64,000 nucleotides of DNA from Balanoglossus misakiensis (lineage: Eukaryota; Animalia; Hemichordata): assembly GCA_040954595.2 (NCBI GenBank), contig CM082582.2, positions 186,001 to 250,000 of the forward strand, read 5' to 3'. Both the position numbers and the translations under genes were made by a program. Below are positions 1-13,744 of the stretch, piece by piece (the stretch's first letter is position 1; every line of letters starts with the position of its first letter). The notes under the pieces were generated by a model, which was not told the DNA's origin, ran no database searches, and saw only the letters and a program-made list of their open reading frames with translations.

Positions 1-3000
1 CATATAAGTCTCTTGGTTAGCTGCACAATCACAGGCAACTTTATTGAGACAATATCAATGACAAAGCCCAGCGATTTCTACTTTGTGCGGCAAATCTGAC
101 ACTGGTTTGCTTACGTTCAGCGCACGTGGTTCCGATGAAACAGCGCGGACTCTGGCATCTGAACTCGGTGCAGGACACTTGCTGGCAGAATCCACTGTTT
201 AGACAAGGGTTGGGCTGACACGGATTCAAATCTGTGCACAGAAGAGAAAGTGATATAAATTGTGTACAGTTAACATTTACTACATATACTTTAAACAGAT
301 TTGTGCAGTCAGGGTTGAGTGGTAAAAATCTCAGTTGGTCAACAGAACATCACTGTGAAAAATTTCTTCCATGTTCAACAAAAGAAACGTAATGAAATTT
401 TGACACAGGTGTAATAGTGTCTTAGTGTACCATACGGTGCAGGTTGTTGTTTGGTCAAATACACAATCCCCTTTTATGGCACACACATTCTTAATAAATT
501 TCCCCAAAATTGTGTCGTTATTCACTGTTTGATACAGGTTGGAAGAAACCAACTGCAAGCCGATTATGTGTTATGTTATTATGTTCCTCTTCATCTGAAA
601 TTTAAAATCACTCACATGTCTGACATAAATCGCCGGAGTAACAGCTTGTACAGGAGCATGTGAATTCAGTACACCAATTGGGCGTCAGCACACAGTTTCC
701 ACCATTCCGACACTGGATGGGTTGACACTGGTTGACAGCTGTGGGATGTGCAGTCAAGATATTGTCAAAATTACAGAATCTACAAACTACACTCCACAGT
801 CATGTACATGTATACATGACAACAACCAAAGGGCTGTTTTGAAAAACCAAATGCTGTGAATCCTTTAGAGAGTGACAAGAAACCACAGTTGCAACCGAAA
901 ACAAAAATAGTGATAACATTAAGCTAGCCCAAAGTTTGAGTTACCAGGGCTTTAATATGTGTACCGTACTTATATTATATAATACATAACAAGTGTTTTG
1001 CATTGAATAAAATAATATTGGTTTGTACTTACGCATTGTACATGTGGCACCAGTGAAGCATTCGGTACACATACAGTCAAACAGGAAACAGCCGTCTCAC
1101 GCAACGCATGTGCCACCATTTTGACAAGGCATAGGGTATAACTGATCAATGGCTGCCAAAACAAAAATGAAAGTATCAATTACCTGCTTGTCAAAAACTT
1201 GTACATGTACTTGTGATGTTCATTTCGTTTAAATATGTGAGCAATGTCTTCATTCCTTGTTTCAAACCTTTACATTTAAAATAACATAATGATGCTATTG
1301 CTAGGATTTTTCTGTAAGAATCTTGAAAAATTAAAAAAATGTGCCATCAACATGATACAGAAGGCTTTCCTTTTTAACATGCACCTCACACTCAATTTTG
1401 ACCCTACATCAGCAAATTTTGAAAGGATGAAACTTAGTAATGCTTCCACCCCATTTATTGGTGTATGGGTCCATCTATCACATTGAGAATACCAAAAATG
1501 AGGGTTTATATACCACGCTGTGTCATAAAACAGTAATTCGACACACCTACAGCACAGATGGCCCCAGTCCAACACTACTGGCAGTAACAGGTGTAGTCAG
1601 TATAAGAATTTGGTGTTTGGGAACAATAGCCTCCATTTTGACACGGATTCTGATCACAAGGGTTAATGACAATCAGAAAAAAAATAGTTTAAAAAACATG
1701 AAATGCAGATGGCTACACCTCAACCAAAGATGATTCCTGCACCACAACAAAATCCTTTGACACAAGCATTATACTGGAACCATACCCAGAACACGCATTA
1801 AGTATATGATGAAGGGACAATGTCTCTATTTTGGGTAATACAGTAAAACCTGTCTTTATGGACACCTCTCTAATCAGAACACCTAGTAAGATTGATTTTT
1901 CAAGCCAAATAGTAAGGATAATTAAGGACGTCTCTTTTACTTAATACTCAGAGGTGTGCACCACCTTAGGAGAGATTACCTCACATGCACAATTATCTCT
2001 ACAGACACTAGTCTTCAAGAGGCAACTCTTGTATATTTGAGTGATGAAAACATCCAGCTTCGTACACTTCCTCACAAGTTCGTGCCTATCCTAAATTGCA
2101 CGGACATACAAATGAAATTTCTGTTTCCTTTTCCTTTCTTTTCTCTTGGGGAAATTTTAGAAATGAGAAGTTACCACACAATTCAATTGCCATGAAGAGA
2201 AAGTGCCCAAAAGATTGTCATGTACGGTACGTCAGAAACTTACATATTTCACAACGGTTACCCTCATAGCAACCAGTACAGGCACAGGTATATGCCGTGC
2301 AGGAGTTGGCCACTGCATTACATACAGCCCCGTTGAGACAGCTGTTTCGCTGGCCTGGATCTTGGACTGCAATAAAAAGTGCAACCTAATGTTATCTCAG
2401 CAATATTTACTTTCAAAATCTGTTTGATGAAAACATCATCATTACCATTACTGTAAATACTGAACGGAACTTCACTTCCAAAAACAACTTGCTCATTCTG
2501 GGACGCACTTATGGGGCTATGAAAATCTCTGTATATGTATCTTGTGTAGGGAAAATTTTCATGAACGATCAACAGTTTTTTCTTCAAATAAACATGTTTT
2601 CTTTCAGCTGTACATCATTTTTGAGGTGACCGATTCCCAAGGACCAAGGTGTGATGCTGAAGATGAAAATATAAAGTATGACCAACAGACAATGTATTGA
2701 GACATGATTGTAAATGTTAGTTCCTGCATGACATATGTTTGTTTTAATGAGTTTTACACTGGCTGCAGTGTGTGCCGGTGAAACATCCTGGACAAGTACA
2801 CTCATAAGTTGTACAAGACAGCTGTGTACACCGCCCATTGTTCAGGCATGGACTTGGCCTACATGGAGTTTGTTCTGTTTCAATGGCATGAAAAAAAATA
2901 GTAGTGACATACGTTTTTTAGGGTATGACCATTTCCCTAATTCCTACAGCTGTGGTTCTATCGGGTTCTCCTATAACTGAGCCTCCTAAATGTATAACTG

Positions 3001-3357
3001 AACAATAAGAAGTCAAGGGTGCCCTGACACCCAACTTTTAAGAGCAGTTCATTTACTGAAACTGCCAGCACCCAATATTATCCCACATGTAATCCATATG
3101 TGGAAATCAAATACACCTGTAACAGTTTTAATTTACCATGTGGGTATTTGCATGGAGGGCCATGGTATTTGTTATCTACTGATAAAATACCCTTCAAAAC
3201 AATATCCTCATTTCTTCAGAAGTTTGGCAACAAGACCAATAAAATTTGAAGTTTCACATCAAAATATACAATGCATAAATATGCTTAAAGATCTACGGAA
3301 TAAAGATTGCTTGTTTGTTTGCAGGATGTCTTGAAAGTATATACTCACTTGTTTGAC

Positions 3358-4475
3358 CATGGACCCTAGAGAAAGAAGGACGCGCAACTCCAGTTTTTTC
3401 TTGAAATGATGTTCTTTTGCATACATTATTTCCAGGTAAATCCCAATAATCCAATTTGCAAATAAACTGTGTATAAACTAACGCAAAGTCTCGCGTTTTG
3501 CGTGAAGTTATCACAAACACCTTAGAACATCTCGCAGAAGACGAGAAAACTGCAACGTGGTTGAACGCATCAATCATTTATGGAACACATCTGCACAAGT
3601 TAAACAGGAATTTGGCACCTCTGAGTCTGACAGCGTCCAAAACAAGCATCTTTTGTCTAACAGTCCGGGTATTTCACAAGGCTGTGAGCTAACCGTACCG
3701 AGGGTTGCCTGGCGGTCATAGCGCACACATGAAAATCCACCCAGTTTGTTTACAAATTGTTTTCGTGAAATCTGTTTTATTGTTCACGAACTGCGAAATA
3801 AAATGCCCCTAAACCACAATTTTTGTTTCAATGCTTCACGCAAACATAAAATTATTACGAAAAGTGTCAGCGTTACCAAGAAATATGAGTGCCCAGTCGG
3901 ACATGCAAGAAGGACGCGCAACTCCAGTTTTTTCTTGAAATGATGTTCTTTTGCATACATTATTTCCAGGTAAATCCCAATAATCCAATTTGCAAATAAA
4001 CTGTGTATAAACTAACGCAAAGTCTCGCGTTTTGCGTGAAGTTATCACAAACATCTTAGAATATCTCGCAGAAGACGACAAAACTGCAACGTGGTTGAAC
4101 GCAGCAATCATTTATGGAACACATCTGCACAAGTTAAACAGGAATTTGGCATGGATGATTTGTTTACAATTTTTAAATGAAGCTTGTGGCACTAGAAATG
4201 ACCGTTCATCCGACAGACGACCATAATAATTAGCACAGACATCGTAATACTTTTAGAATTTTAGAAAAAAACGCAGTGGCTGCTGAAATGCAGGAGTGTC
4301 AGTTTGGTGGCAAGTTTTCGCATCACTGGTGGGGTCGACACGTGCCGAAGTAAGGAAGTCATTGTCCAACTGTCCTGGGTGTTAATTATATGCAAAATAA
4401 CATCATCATACAGATAATCCCCAAACCCTTTGATCTTTGCCGCAGTTGCTCGTCCTTCTTTCTCTAGGGTCTATG
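3358..4475. mobile_element. Non-autonomous P-element-like DNA transposon inserted in an EGF exon
   Basis: TIRs CATGGACCCTAGAGAAAGAAGGACGCGCAACT and CATAGACCCTAGAGAAAGAAGGACGAGCAACT; 7-bp TSD GTTTGAC (3351-3357, 4476-4482). Removal restores a 117-bp exon ending YTGDICQT|gtgag. Internal ~240-bp direct duplication (~3375-3617 vs ~3909-4150). Confidence 0.8.
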
Positions 4476-5479
4476 GTTTGACAGATGTCACCTGTGTAAG
4501 AGTTCACACACTGGCATGAATAGAAATTGCACGATGTTTGCTGGCAAAATCCACCATTCATACATGGGTTGGGATCACAGGGGTTTTGCACTGGAAATTA
4601 AGAAAGGACGCCATTTTATTCCTTGCTACTCATTCTACAGTACAGATATGGCAAAAACCTTGCAGAATTATGGCAAGGGTGTGTGGAGTGATTGTGCCTA
4701 CAACTTATATTAGGCTGGTATCAAGTTGTTCACACCTCCATAGATCATGTGGCAGTGACTGTGAGGCAAGGGCTTCCCTTCATGAAATCAAAGACCTGTG
4801 TACTGGAGGAGGGTTCCTTGCAAATGCTTGACTTGACTTCAAGCATACCTGTAGACTCATATGCAAATTTACACTATCTGGCCTGGAGTGAGAATTTCCA
4901 TAGTGGATGTGCGTTGACAAAAGGCTGTAAAATTGGCCAGTCGCGCATAATGTTTCTTGAACTAAGACAATCAAGACATTATGCGCTACGAAAGTGATTT
5001 TGATTGGGAAGAGTGTAATCTTGCATTCGATGTCAAGAACGCTCCAAGCTCTGCTGTGGTGATGGCTACACCTATGCTCAGGAAACATGCAGTATTTGAA
5101 TGCATCAGAGACAAAAGGTAAAAGAGACTGCGCTGTATACTTACATATCTCACACCTATCACCTTTGTAGCAACCAGTACATATGCAGGTGAGATCAAAG
5201 CAGGAATTTCGAGCCGGTTGACAGAAGCCACCATTCTGGCACGGATTTGGTGGACACTGGTTGAGTCCTACAAGGAAAAGGGTCAAATATTCCATGATCA
5301 TCAATGTCATGTGATTATGAATGTATGTAAGTGGCTGAAAAAAAATCCCAGGGGTGAGTTTCCTACAAAAATTGTGATGTGACAAACCGACAAATTAGCA
5401 TATTAGCATAATCAGAATAAATAAAAAACAGGTAGTTTAAAAGAACAAACACTTTGGAAAAGGAATAGAGCTAAGCTGC

Positions 5480-5950
5480 TGTCCGTTTCTAATTGTTACT
5501 CGTTCAAAAATCACCTGTCACATCACTCCAATTTTGTATCAGTTGCACTGGCTACCTGTTACACAGCGTATTGTTTTTAAGATGTTAGTTCTCATTTTTA
5601 AATCCATTCATAAACTTGGTCCAATCTATCTTTCTAGCATGACTAATCTATATGTTCCGTGTGGCAATTTGAGGTCAGCTGATCAGTTCAAACTCTGCCC
5701 TGTTCGATCACGCACCAAGAGTTATGGTGATCGTGCTTTTACTGTTGCTGCTCCAATTCTTTGGAATAATCTTCCACTCACCATTCACCAGGCACCAGAC
5801 TTATCTGTTTTTAAAACAAATGTTAAAACTTTACTTTTTAAATCTGTTTTTTAGCCAATTGTTGTATTGTACTTTTGCTTTAAGCGTCATTGATCACATT
5901 TTTTGTGGATACTGACGCTATACAAATAAATTATTATTATTATTATTATT
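5480..5950 (+). mobile_element. L2/CR1-group LINE, 5'-truncated 3' end (C-terminal part of ORF2, 3'UTR, (ATT)n tail)
   Basis: ORF 5534-5854 LHWLPVTQRIVFK...LRS...YGDRAFTVAAPILWNNLP...FKTNVKTLLF is typical of the L2 ORF2 C-terminus. AATAAA followed by (TTA)n at ~5925-5950. Confidence 0.88.
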
Positions 5951-7740
5951 TCTATTTTTGTGTTTGTACAACATCAGTGAAGTTTAAATCATAATAAAAA
6001 AAATGATAATTATCATTATTAACTGCTATAGATTCAAACTTACTTGTCTCACACCTGTTTCCCTAGTAACACTCTGTGCACATGCCAATGGTGGCAGTAC
6101 AAGAATTTGCCTGTTGTTGGCAGGTACCTCCATTGAGACAAGGACTAGTGAAGCATGGATTAGGAACTGGAAGACAGGAATTCAAAATTTTATACAACAG
6201 TTACCTATGGTAACACCAGTACACGTTCATTATTTCTCTGTTATGTTTTTATACTGGTGATTTTACTGTTTTTATTACCGATCATATGACTGACTTAAAG
6301 ATGATGATGATGATGATAATGACTACACCTGCTATTATTACTACAATGTACCTCAGCACTTAGATTTTTTAATAAATGACAAAGTACTGTACTCACGTGT
6401 TTCACATGTGAAGCCCAGGTAGCAGCCAGCACATAGACATGTGACGCCTGTACAAGATCCCTGGATTGCTTGGCAAGTACCAGCATTCCGGCATGGGTTA
6501 AGGTTTGTGTTCGCACGGATTCATTGCTGCAAATGTACACAATATTTACAAAATAAAACAGTATACAACTGTAAGTATTTATAATCATCAATTGTGAATA
6601 TCACACCAATCAAGGCCTTTTAATGCACCCTGATTGCTGAGAGCTGAAATACGTGAACCAACGTGTATTTGTTTTCACTACTATATCACATGACATTCTG
6701 CATTTCTTTTCCATAGTTGGAGTCTGCACCCAACATTGTATTCCGGGGTAGCACTACCCGGAACCCCGAAACTTTTTCGTCATCATCCGAGTACTTTTCC
6801 CAGCATGCAGTTGCCAAGAAGGCTGCACAGGGAGTTTTTAATTTTGCACTGGTATACAATTTTTTTATTCGTCAATTTCACAGACACGTGCATTGCACAT
6901 CAAAATTTTGCGTCAGAAGTGAGGACAACTTAACTAGGTACCAATGCAATGTGGTTTTAGGCGGATTTGAACTTTTCCTTTAATGTAACAGTTGTATTGA
7001 CATGCGATTATCATACTAAACATGAAGCAATCTCAAAATTGCTAAAAATAAAATAATTCAGAACATTTAGATTCTACAATGGTGAAAAAATATGACAAAC
7101 CTTCCAAAATTCTTATTTTTGAGGCCATTTTACAAAAATCTACGAGCCTGGCAAAATCTGAAAGAGGTGCTAGATAAAGGGCGCTTTTTCAAAACTCTAG
7201 ATGGTTGACCCCCAATTTTTATTCCATAGATTAAATGTTTAGAAGTCATAGTATCATTAGTATTAATTTTAACATGATCAGACGACCCTTTATTTCGAGG
7301 TGCGCAACACCTTAAATATGTTTTTACGACTAAGACGACTACAAACCTGGTAGAAGGGGAGTACATGTTGTTGATGGTCCCAGAGAGTAGGTTATTGATG
7401 TGCAGGCAAGTGGGTGATGTTGCTGCACACTGACAGCCTGGATCGCAAGGGGTACAGGATACTTCTGTGGCTGTGTCAGCATAATAACTTGATGGACAAG
7501 GAATGGGGCTGTCTGACCCATCTGGACAGTAGTTACCTACGCCGCAATCAGCACATGTCATGTCTGTAGAATAACAACAGCTTGTGTAGTGAGTGTTTTG
7601 CCAATATGACAGAGTTCAAGTATGCTTATTTGGTTAAATTTTAAAAGGAATATCACCCACTGTTTTAGAGTTAATATTGCGAAAGGGACTTCATAAGTTG
7701 TCTGAAAACACCAGTTTCCCCAATTTTCACTAATGTATAG

Positions 7741-8407
7741 GAATACATGAGAAGTCGGCCAGTACGCGCGTATGAGAAGTCGGCCAGTACGAGAAGTCGG
7801 CCAGTACGAGAAGTCGGCCAGTTGTTGAACTTGTACCCGAATAGTGCAGTGATGACCCAGATTACTTATAACAACACTTAATAAAATATAATTGCACTAA
7901 ATATTTTCATTTGGACGGATTTCCCAAATTCTTGACAACACAATGGCGTCATTTCAAATAAAGGCGTCTGGCATCCGTACCAGTTTCCCAGCCCCGTATC
8001 CGCGTAAGGAGCTTAGGTTGTTCGCCAAATTCCTGTGACATTTCTGATTAAAGGGAGTTGTTTCAAAGCCTACTAAAATACATAGAAGATGTATGTGTAT
8101 ATTCATACTTTCTGAGACAACACCAAACAAACAAACAAACAAACGTGACAAGGAACAGACTACTGGCGCAGCTCAAGAAGTGCAGGTGACTGATGTTGAC
8201 GTACCCCGGTGACGTACATGAAAAGTGAACAGACAGTTTTAAAATTCATCGGCTATTTGTACAAATATCTCAGCTCCTGTACATCAAGGAAACATTTCGC
8301 AGTGAAACAGTTATACATAACACAAAGTACCAGGGTTCTCTCCCACAGGCCGACTTCTCGTACTGGCCGATACCGACTTCTCATACTGGTCGACTTCTCA
8401 GGACACC
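7741..8407. mobile_element. Non-autonomous TIR transposon (Merlin/MULE-like) with subterminal 17-bp tandem repeats
   Basis: GAGAAGTCGGCCAGTAC x4 at 7749-7822 and inverted degenerate copies at ~8345-8400; 8-bp TSD ATGTATAG (7733-7740, 8408-8415). Confidence 0.65.
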
Positions 8408-10320
8408 ATGTATAGCATAGCTGTTGAACTAAAAAAATATGTAAAACTACAAGTGATGTAAACAACTTGTGGAACCATGTTCAAATCGAGACCAGAAGAA
8501 AAGAGATTTCAAGACTTACCTCCTTCAACACTTTACTGCCCTGTAGCGCACTGTGTGACACTTGTAGTTGTGCATTCATAACCAGAAGGACGTGGCCGAA
8601 CCTAGCGAGTATGAACCTATCACAGAAAAAATTCAAAGAACGATTGGTTTGGTCCAACGATCCCTTATTAGAGAGATGTCATTAATCACAGGTGTTACTG
8701 TACAATACCTCTTCAGTGGAATCATTGTGTTTTTCAAAGTGCATCACAATATCAACTCCAATGAGCATAACAGTTTAATTTTCTGTGTATGTCATGCTAT
8801 AACACAGGGAAGTCACAAGAGTAATTTGCAGCCCAACTTACCAGTAACTGTTGAACAATCAACTACGGGTGACATGGTTGGACACTTGGATCCTGCTGGA
8901 CAAGGCGTGCATGTGCCGTCGCCTTCCATAGCATATTCACCATTGCCACAGTCAAGCGGATCTTACATTGGATCTGAACACGATTGTCCAGCAGGGCACA
9001 GAAGACGGGATGTGCGTGCAGGCTCCTCACTTATTTCATCTGATTAAAGAAAATGAGGTTTTTAGTGAAGTATTTGTGATACAGTGTCATTTAAAATAAC
9101 AAATTACTTGAGATGATTCACTTCATAATTCTGAGACAAGTATACGGGCATGTAGAAAATTCTTTGGAGGACATTAAACGTCATTTCTAATCAACCATTT
9201 TCTGAATATCATAAGACTCTGCGAGATCTCACATGGCTAACCGGGTCTCGCAAGATTTCGCACTGAGTTGATAATCTGTTGTAAACACATACCACATACA
9301 TACACACACACACATAACCCCAGTCGCACTGACTTGAAAATCTGTTGTAAACACATACATGCATACACACATACCACTCAGTTTCATCACACAGCAAACT
9401 GAACAAGTACCACAATTTTACCATTTGTACATCTGGTACAGTTTGTTGCACCAGCCAATGACACGTAACCCTTGGTACACTTGAATTGCGATGCACTGGG
9501 ATCTGTGCAGGCGTACCCTTGCTCACAAATAGTACACTGTTCAGCACCGGCTGATCTGTAAATCAAACAAAGAATTTACACACCAAGTTAACCTTTGAAT
9601 ACCACTGTAAAAAATTGGCGCAAATTTTAATTATTTTCATAAATAGAGGTCTATTCAAATTTGGAAAAATTGTCATTTTTTCATTCATATATTATATCAG
9701 TAAATTTTAAATACAGAAATGGAAAATGTTCCCATCCTATTTTTCAGTTAGTAAATTACCTGACCTAATGTTTGATGTTGGAAATAAAGGTTGGTGGGTA
9801 GAAAGTTACCTGTTATGCAAGAGGTACAGCGAGACATCCTTTGTCCAAGGCCGAACTGTAATAACCAGCCGAGCATAAAATCACAGTGTTACCATTTGGA
9901 CATTGGTTACCAGCTGGGCAATCAGCACATGATGTTTGTGCTGAAAATAAACAGAGATTTATAGAATCTTATTGTCACAGTCATACTTTCAAAGACGTGG
10001 GATTCTCACGCGGGTTGGGGACACAAAAATCCCTGGCAAAAGATTGAGGACAGGAAAATGCCAAACCAGAGATATTGGTAACAGAAACTGTATACAGTCA
10101 ATGCCATATGGCAGTGTGCTGTTCTAACAACAGACAAGAATGTGACGATCATAGTCTGTGTCGGAGATTTGGAAAAGAGCAAATTCGGTGAAAAGACGGG
10201 ACAAAACAAAAGTCTACTTATACGATGCACATGAAAACTGGATGAAAGCGAAGCAGTCCACTATTTGAATGCATTGGATGTAAAATTGGCAGAATATTTG
10301 GACTGGACGTAATGTTTGTA

Positions 10321-11630
10321 TGGGGTGCCATGTGTTAACTTATTATTTAGCTAAATTATTTGTTCAAAAGTCATTATTTAACATACTTATATGTATGTAA
10401 TTATAGATTTGCAAACCATTTAAGTCCTGACAATTTATTTATAAATAATTTCAAGTCGATTCAATTATATACATAAAATGTATTTTATGCTCTTTTATTT
10501 ATATATAATAAATTATTTATAAACAATGTCAGTGTCAGTCTATTATATATATATCATGAGTGATGTACATAATTATTTATATTTAATTAATTATTTATAA
10601 ACAAAAAAATTTAAGTGTATTATAAAAGGCTGATCGATAGCTCTACATTGTGGTCTCCGAGGTCAAAGGTTGGCCGGTCATGACAATGCCATTATTAAAA
10701 TAGGGGCCAGTCTTCAAGACGTGACTCTACCAGCCTCCAGACCAGGAACTGGCGACCCGCCGTTTGTTTCCAACGCCAAATTTGATTCTAATGTTGAATT
10801 TACGAGAAAACAATTTATCTGACCTGTAGTTTTTTGGCTCACTTACGTTTTGATGACTGGCCCCTATTTTAATAATGGTACCGCCATGACCGGCCAACCT
10901 TTGACCTCAGAGACCACAATGTAGAGCTATCGATCAGCTTTTTGCGTTTCAATCAAACATTGCAATCACGGGCTAAAATCACTAACTAGTTGATACCTTT
11001 TTCGGTGTTTCATCTAACCTTTGAAAGGAGTATAATAAAAATGAAATGACCACACGTAATGTGCATTTCTTGTTCACGTGTGGGGACTATATGTGTGCGT
11101 AATGATCCAAATGCAAGGGGTTGTGTGAACAGGCCTTAAATAATGAGTTTGCGTTAAATAATGAGTTTGCGTTAAATAATAAGTTGACAAACGGCGCGAG
11201 TGCATTTTTTCATGGTTTAGAAATCACTTATTTATATATAATTCATTATATAATGTAAATCACTCATGATATATATATAATAGACTTGCACTTAAATTAT
11301 TTATAAATCACTCATGATATATATATAATACACTTAATTTTTTTTTTATTTATAAATTATTAATTATATATAAATAATTATGTACATCACTCATGATATA
11401 TATATAATAGACTGACACTGACATTGTTTATAAATAATTTATTATATATAAATAAAAGAGCATAAAAATACATTTTATGTATATAATTGAATCGACTTGA
11501 AATTATTTATAAATAAATTGTCAGGACTTAAATGGTTTGCAAATCTATAATTACATACATATAAGTATGTTAAATAACGACTTTTGAACAAATAATTTAG
11601 CTAAATAATAAGTTAACACATGGCACCCCA
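10321..11630. mobile_element. Foldback (MULE-like) element with ~290-bp AT-rich TIRs and a second internal inverted repeat
   Basis: TGGGGTGCCATGTGTTAAC... at 10321 and its reverse complement ending at 11630; flanking direct repeat ATGTTTGTA (10312-10320, 11632-11640); inner inverted repeat ~10629-10712 vs ~10855-10938. Confidence 0.8.
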
Positions 11631-12029
11631 TATGTTTGTACGCACAGAATTACGCACATGCACATAAGATGATCGTCTGCCTTAAGTGAAAGATTACACA
11701 GTAATGCCCAAACTTTAAGTGCTGACTCACCCTCTATATTAGTGTAGTATCCATCTTCACAGACCTCTGGCTCCGACATACCATCATATTGGCACTTATA
11801 CCCAGGGCAGGACAAGGCGTACAGTCTATACTTCCATTGTTGGCAAAATATCCCTGTCCGCATTGTGTTGGTGATGAGAGGCTGGCTGTTCCACACATGA
11901 AACCCTTGGACACAGCGTGCATGCTTCAGAACATGCTGAACTGTAACTTCCAACTGCGCAGTCCTGTAGGAGTGAAGACGTTAAATATTAGGGAGGTTTA
12001 GGAGCCCTCTAGCCAGCAAACTTCATCAA

Positions 12030-13243
12030 GGATGTACGCGCAGAACATAAACTGGAAACACTGTGCGCCCGGTCTTTTTCCCATAGGATTACATTGATTA
12101 TCACATACATAGCTCCGCATATACCATAGTATGACGTCAGACGTAGGTAAATTTGCACCAAGCGTTATTGTAATACCCATCCCTCTGACGTCACCAAACG
12201 GAACTATTTTAAACTTGTAAACAAAGTCCTCTTAGGGCGACAAAATTCAGTGCAATTGTTGGTTTTATTTCGATTTTAAAAATAATCAAAGATAAATAAA
12301 ATGTTTCGTATGTGTAAATATGGACGATCGACGATTAGTTTTACCTGTGTACATTTTTATCGCACCAACCGGCACCAAAACTATCGCAAGGTCGTCAGTG
12401 CTGAGCCAATGTCGTCGCGTTGTCGAACGAGCAACAGGTACAAAACTGAGTATTCGCAAAAATTTTGATGCGACGATTAGAGCAAAACGGTCTAGTCATG
12501 AAGCAAAAGGCATAAGAAAGGTTTCCTGCTCCAGTGAAACCTTGACGGACGATGAAATCCTGCTGACGCACGACAGACGGGTCCTCGCCAAAACCAGAAT
12601 CGTCCAGGTCGTGACCTGAGTCACCTGACAGATAGACCGCATAACATCGATCTTCAATTTTGCACAAAATAGTTACAAATTTTATCGCAACCACAAAGAG
12701 ATTTATTTGAAAATCAAAATTAGCGGATCTATGTATGTGATAAACATATAATTCCCCCGTATTCCTCACTCGTGTACCTGCGTCGCGAACTCTCGATTCC
12801 CAGTATAGAATGGCTCGGAGGGATACGGCCGCTATACGGGGAATCACTCGTCCGCGACGCAGGCACACTCGTTCGAAATACGGGGGAATTATATATAATA
12901 ATCGCCAGAAAACAAACTTCTACTATTGTCATTTTAACGAAATTTTACACATAGCTCAGTCCAGCAAATATAAATTCATTGGTCAAATAAAATATAGGGG
13001 TCACCGTGCTCTTTTTTGAGATAAATTGCGTTAAGAATTTTGCCCATAGACAAACCGCTGGTGAAAAATGCTGAGTCAGCAGATTTCTTCTATTATCGAC
13101 CAAATTCATGGCTCTGTATTTCAAAAACAAGCCCAGTGACCCCTATATTTAATTACGGATTTTTATTATACATACAAAGGAGAATAAAAAAATCCACAAT
13201 TAAAAAAAATGACAATACTTTCAATTTTACTGAACGTACATCC
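12030..13243. mobile_element. Kolobok-like non-autonomous DNA transposon containing a nested hairpin element (12751-12890)
   Basis: Short TIR GGATGTACG...CGTACATCC flanked by TCAA and TTAA. Confidence 0.5.
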
Positions 13244-13744
13244 TTAATGTTACTTATGTAGTAGAGCACCAAAACCCAAATTTTCATATCGATTGTGTAT
13301 TTTGTGATAAAAGCACCAAACTTGGCTCAGATGTGTGTTAATGTGTACTGAACAAATTCAGATAGCGAGTCACTAAATATCTGTTAAAGAGTTTCCATGG
13401 CAACCAATTATTTTCAAAATGGCCGCCAATACAGATAATCACACCTGTTAAACACCAAAATAAATTCAGATTACAATATTTGAAATAAGAAACTACGAAA
13501 AGAATGGTTTGCAATAGAACTATGGTTATTGAACAACAAATGTACTTATAAGGGTAACTAAGGGATCAAAACACAGGTGCAACTTTCAATCCCTGGTTCT
13601 CGCATTAGTATAGGTGCTCCCCCTAGTCAAACATTATGGCTAGTTGCGATATTTAACTTGAAGTACGTAAATTACACACACACGAATCGCAACAGTTAGC
13701 GAGTCACTAAATATCTATTGAAGAGTGACTATGCAACTTATTCA

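Larger units (their letters stand above)
115..6526 (-). pseudogene. Decayed array of 10 phase-1 exons encoding 8-Cys EGF-like repeats; the gene probably continues past the left window edge
   Basis: Exons of 117-123 bp bounded by AG/GT: 115-231, 616-738, 1033-1152, ~1547-1669 (acceptor degenerate), 2244-2366, 2758-2874, 3349-3350+4476-4590, 5145-5267, 6044-6166, 6397-6526. Example: GLNQCPPNPCQNGGFCQPARNSCFDLTCICTGCYKGDRCEI. Lesions: in-frame stops in three exons, a +7-bp frameshift in 6397-6526, a transposon inside one exon, several Cys substitutions. Confidence 0.88.
7347..11963 (-). pseudogene. Decayed exons of an Ephrin_rec_like (GCC2/GCC3) Cys-rich repeat extracellular protein
   Basis: Exons ~7347-7563, 8520-8616, 8842-9039, 9422-9555, 9810-9940, 11731-11963 with CxxCPxGxxC repeats (CADCGVGNYCPDGSDSPIPCPSSYY; CTPCPAGSKCP; CADCPAGNQCPNG; CTICEQGYACTDP). 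In-frame TAA in 8842-9039 and frameshifts in several exons. Confidence 0.82.

Noticed and set aside
1033-6166. In-frame TGA/TAG codons in EGF exons as selenocysteine, readthrough or an alternative genetic code
   Set aside because: The stops are of mixed type and not at Cys positions. They coexist with frameshifts, Cys losses and a transposon insertion, which indicates ordinary decay.
7749-7822. Short regular repeats (also 32665-32860 and 61150-61306) as CRISPR arrays
   Set aside because: They are head-to-tail with no unique spacers and no cas genes, in a eukaryotic context.
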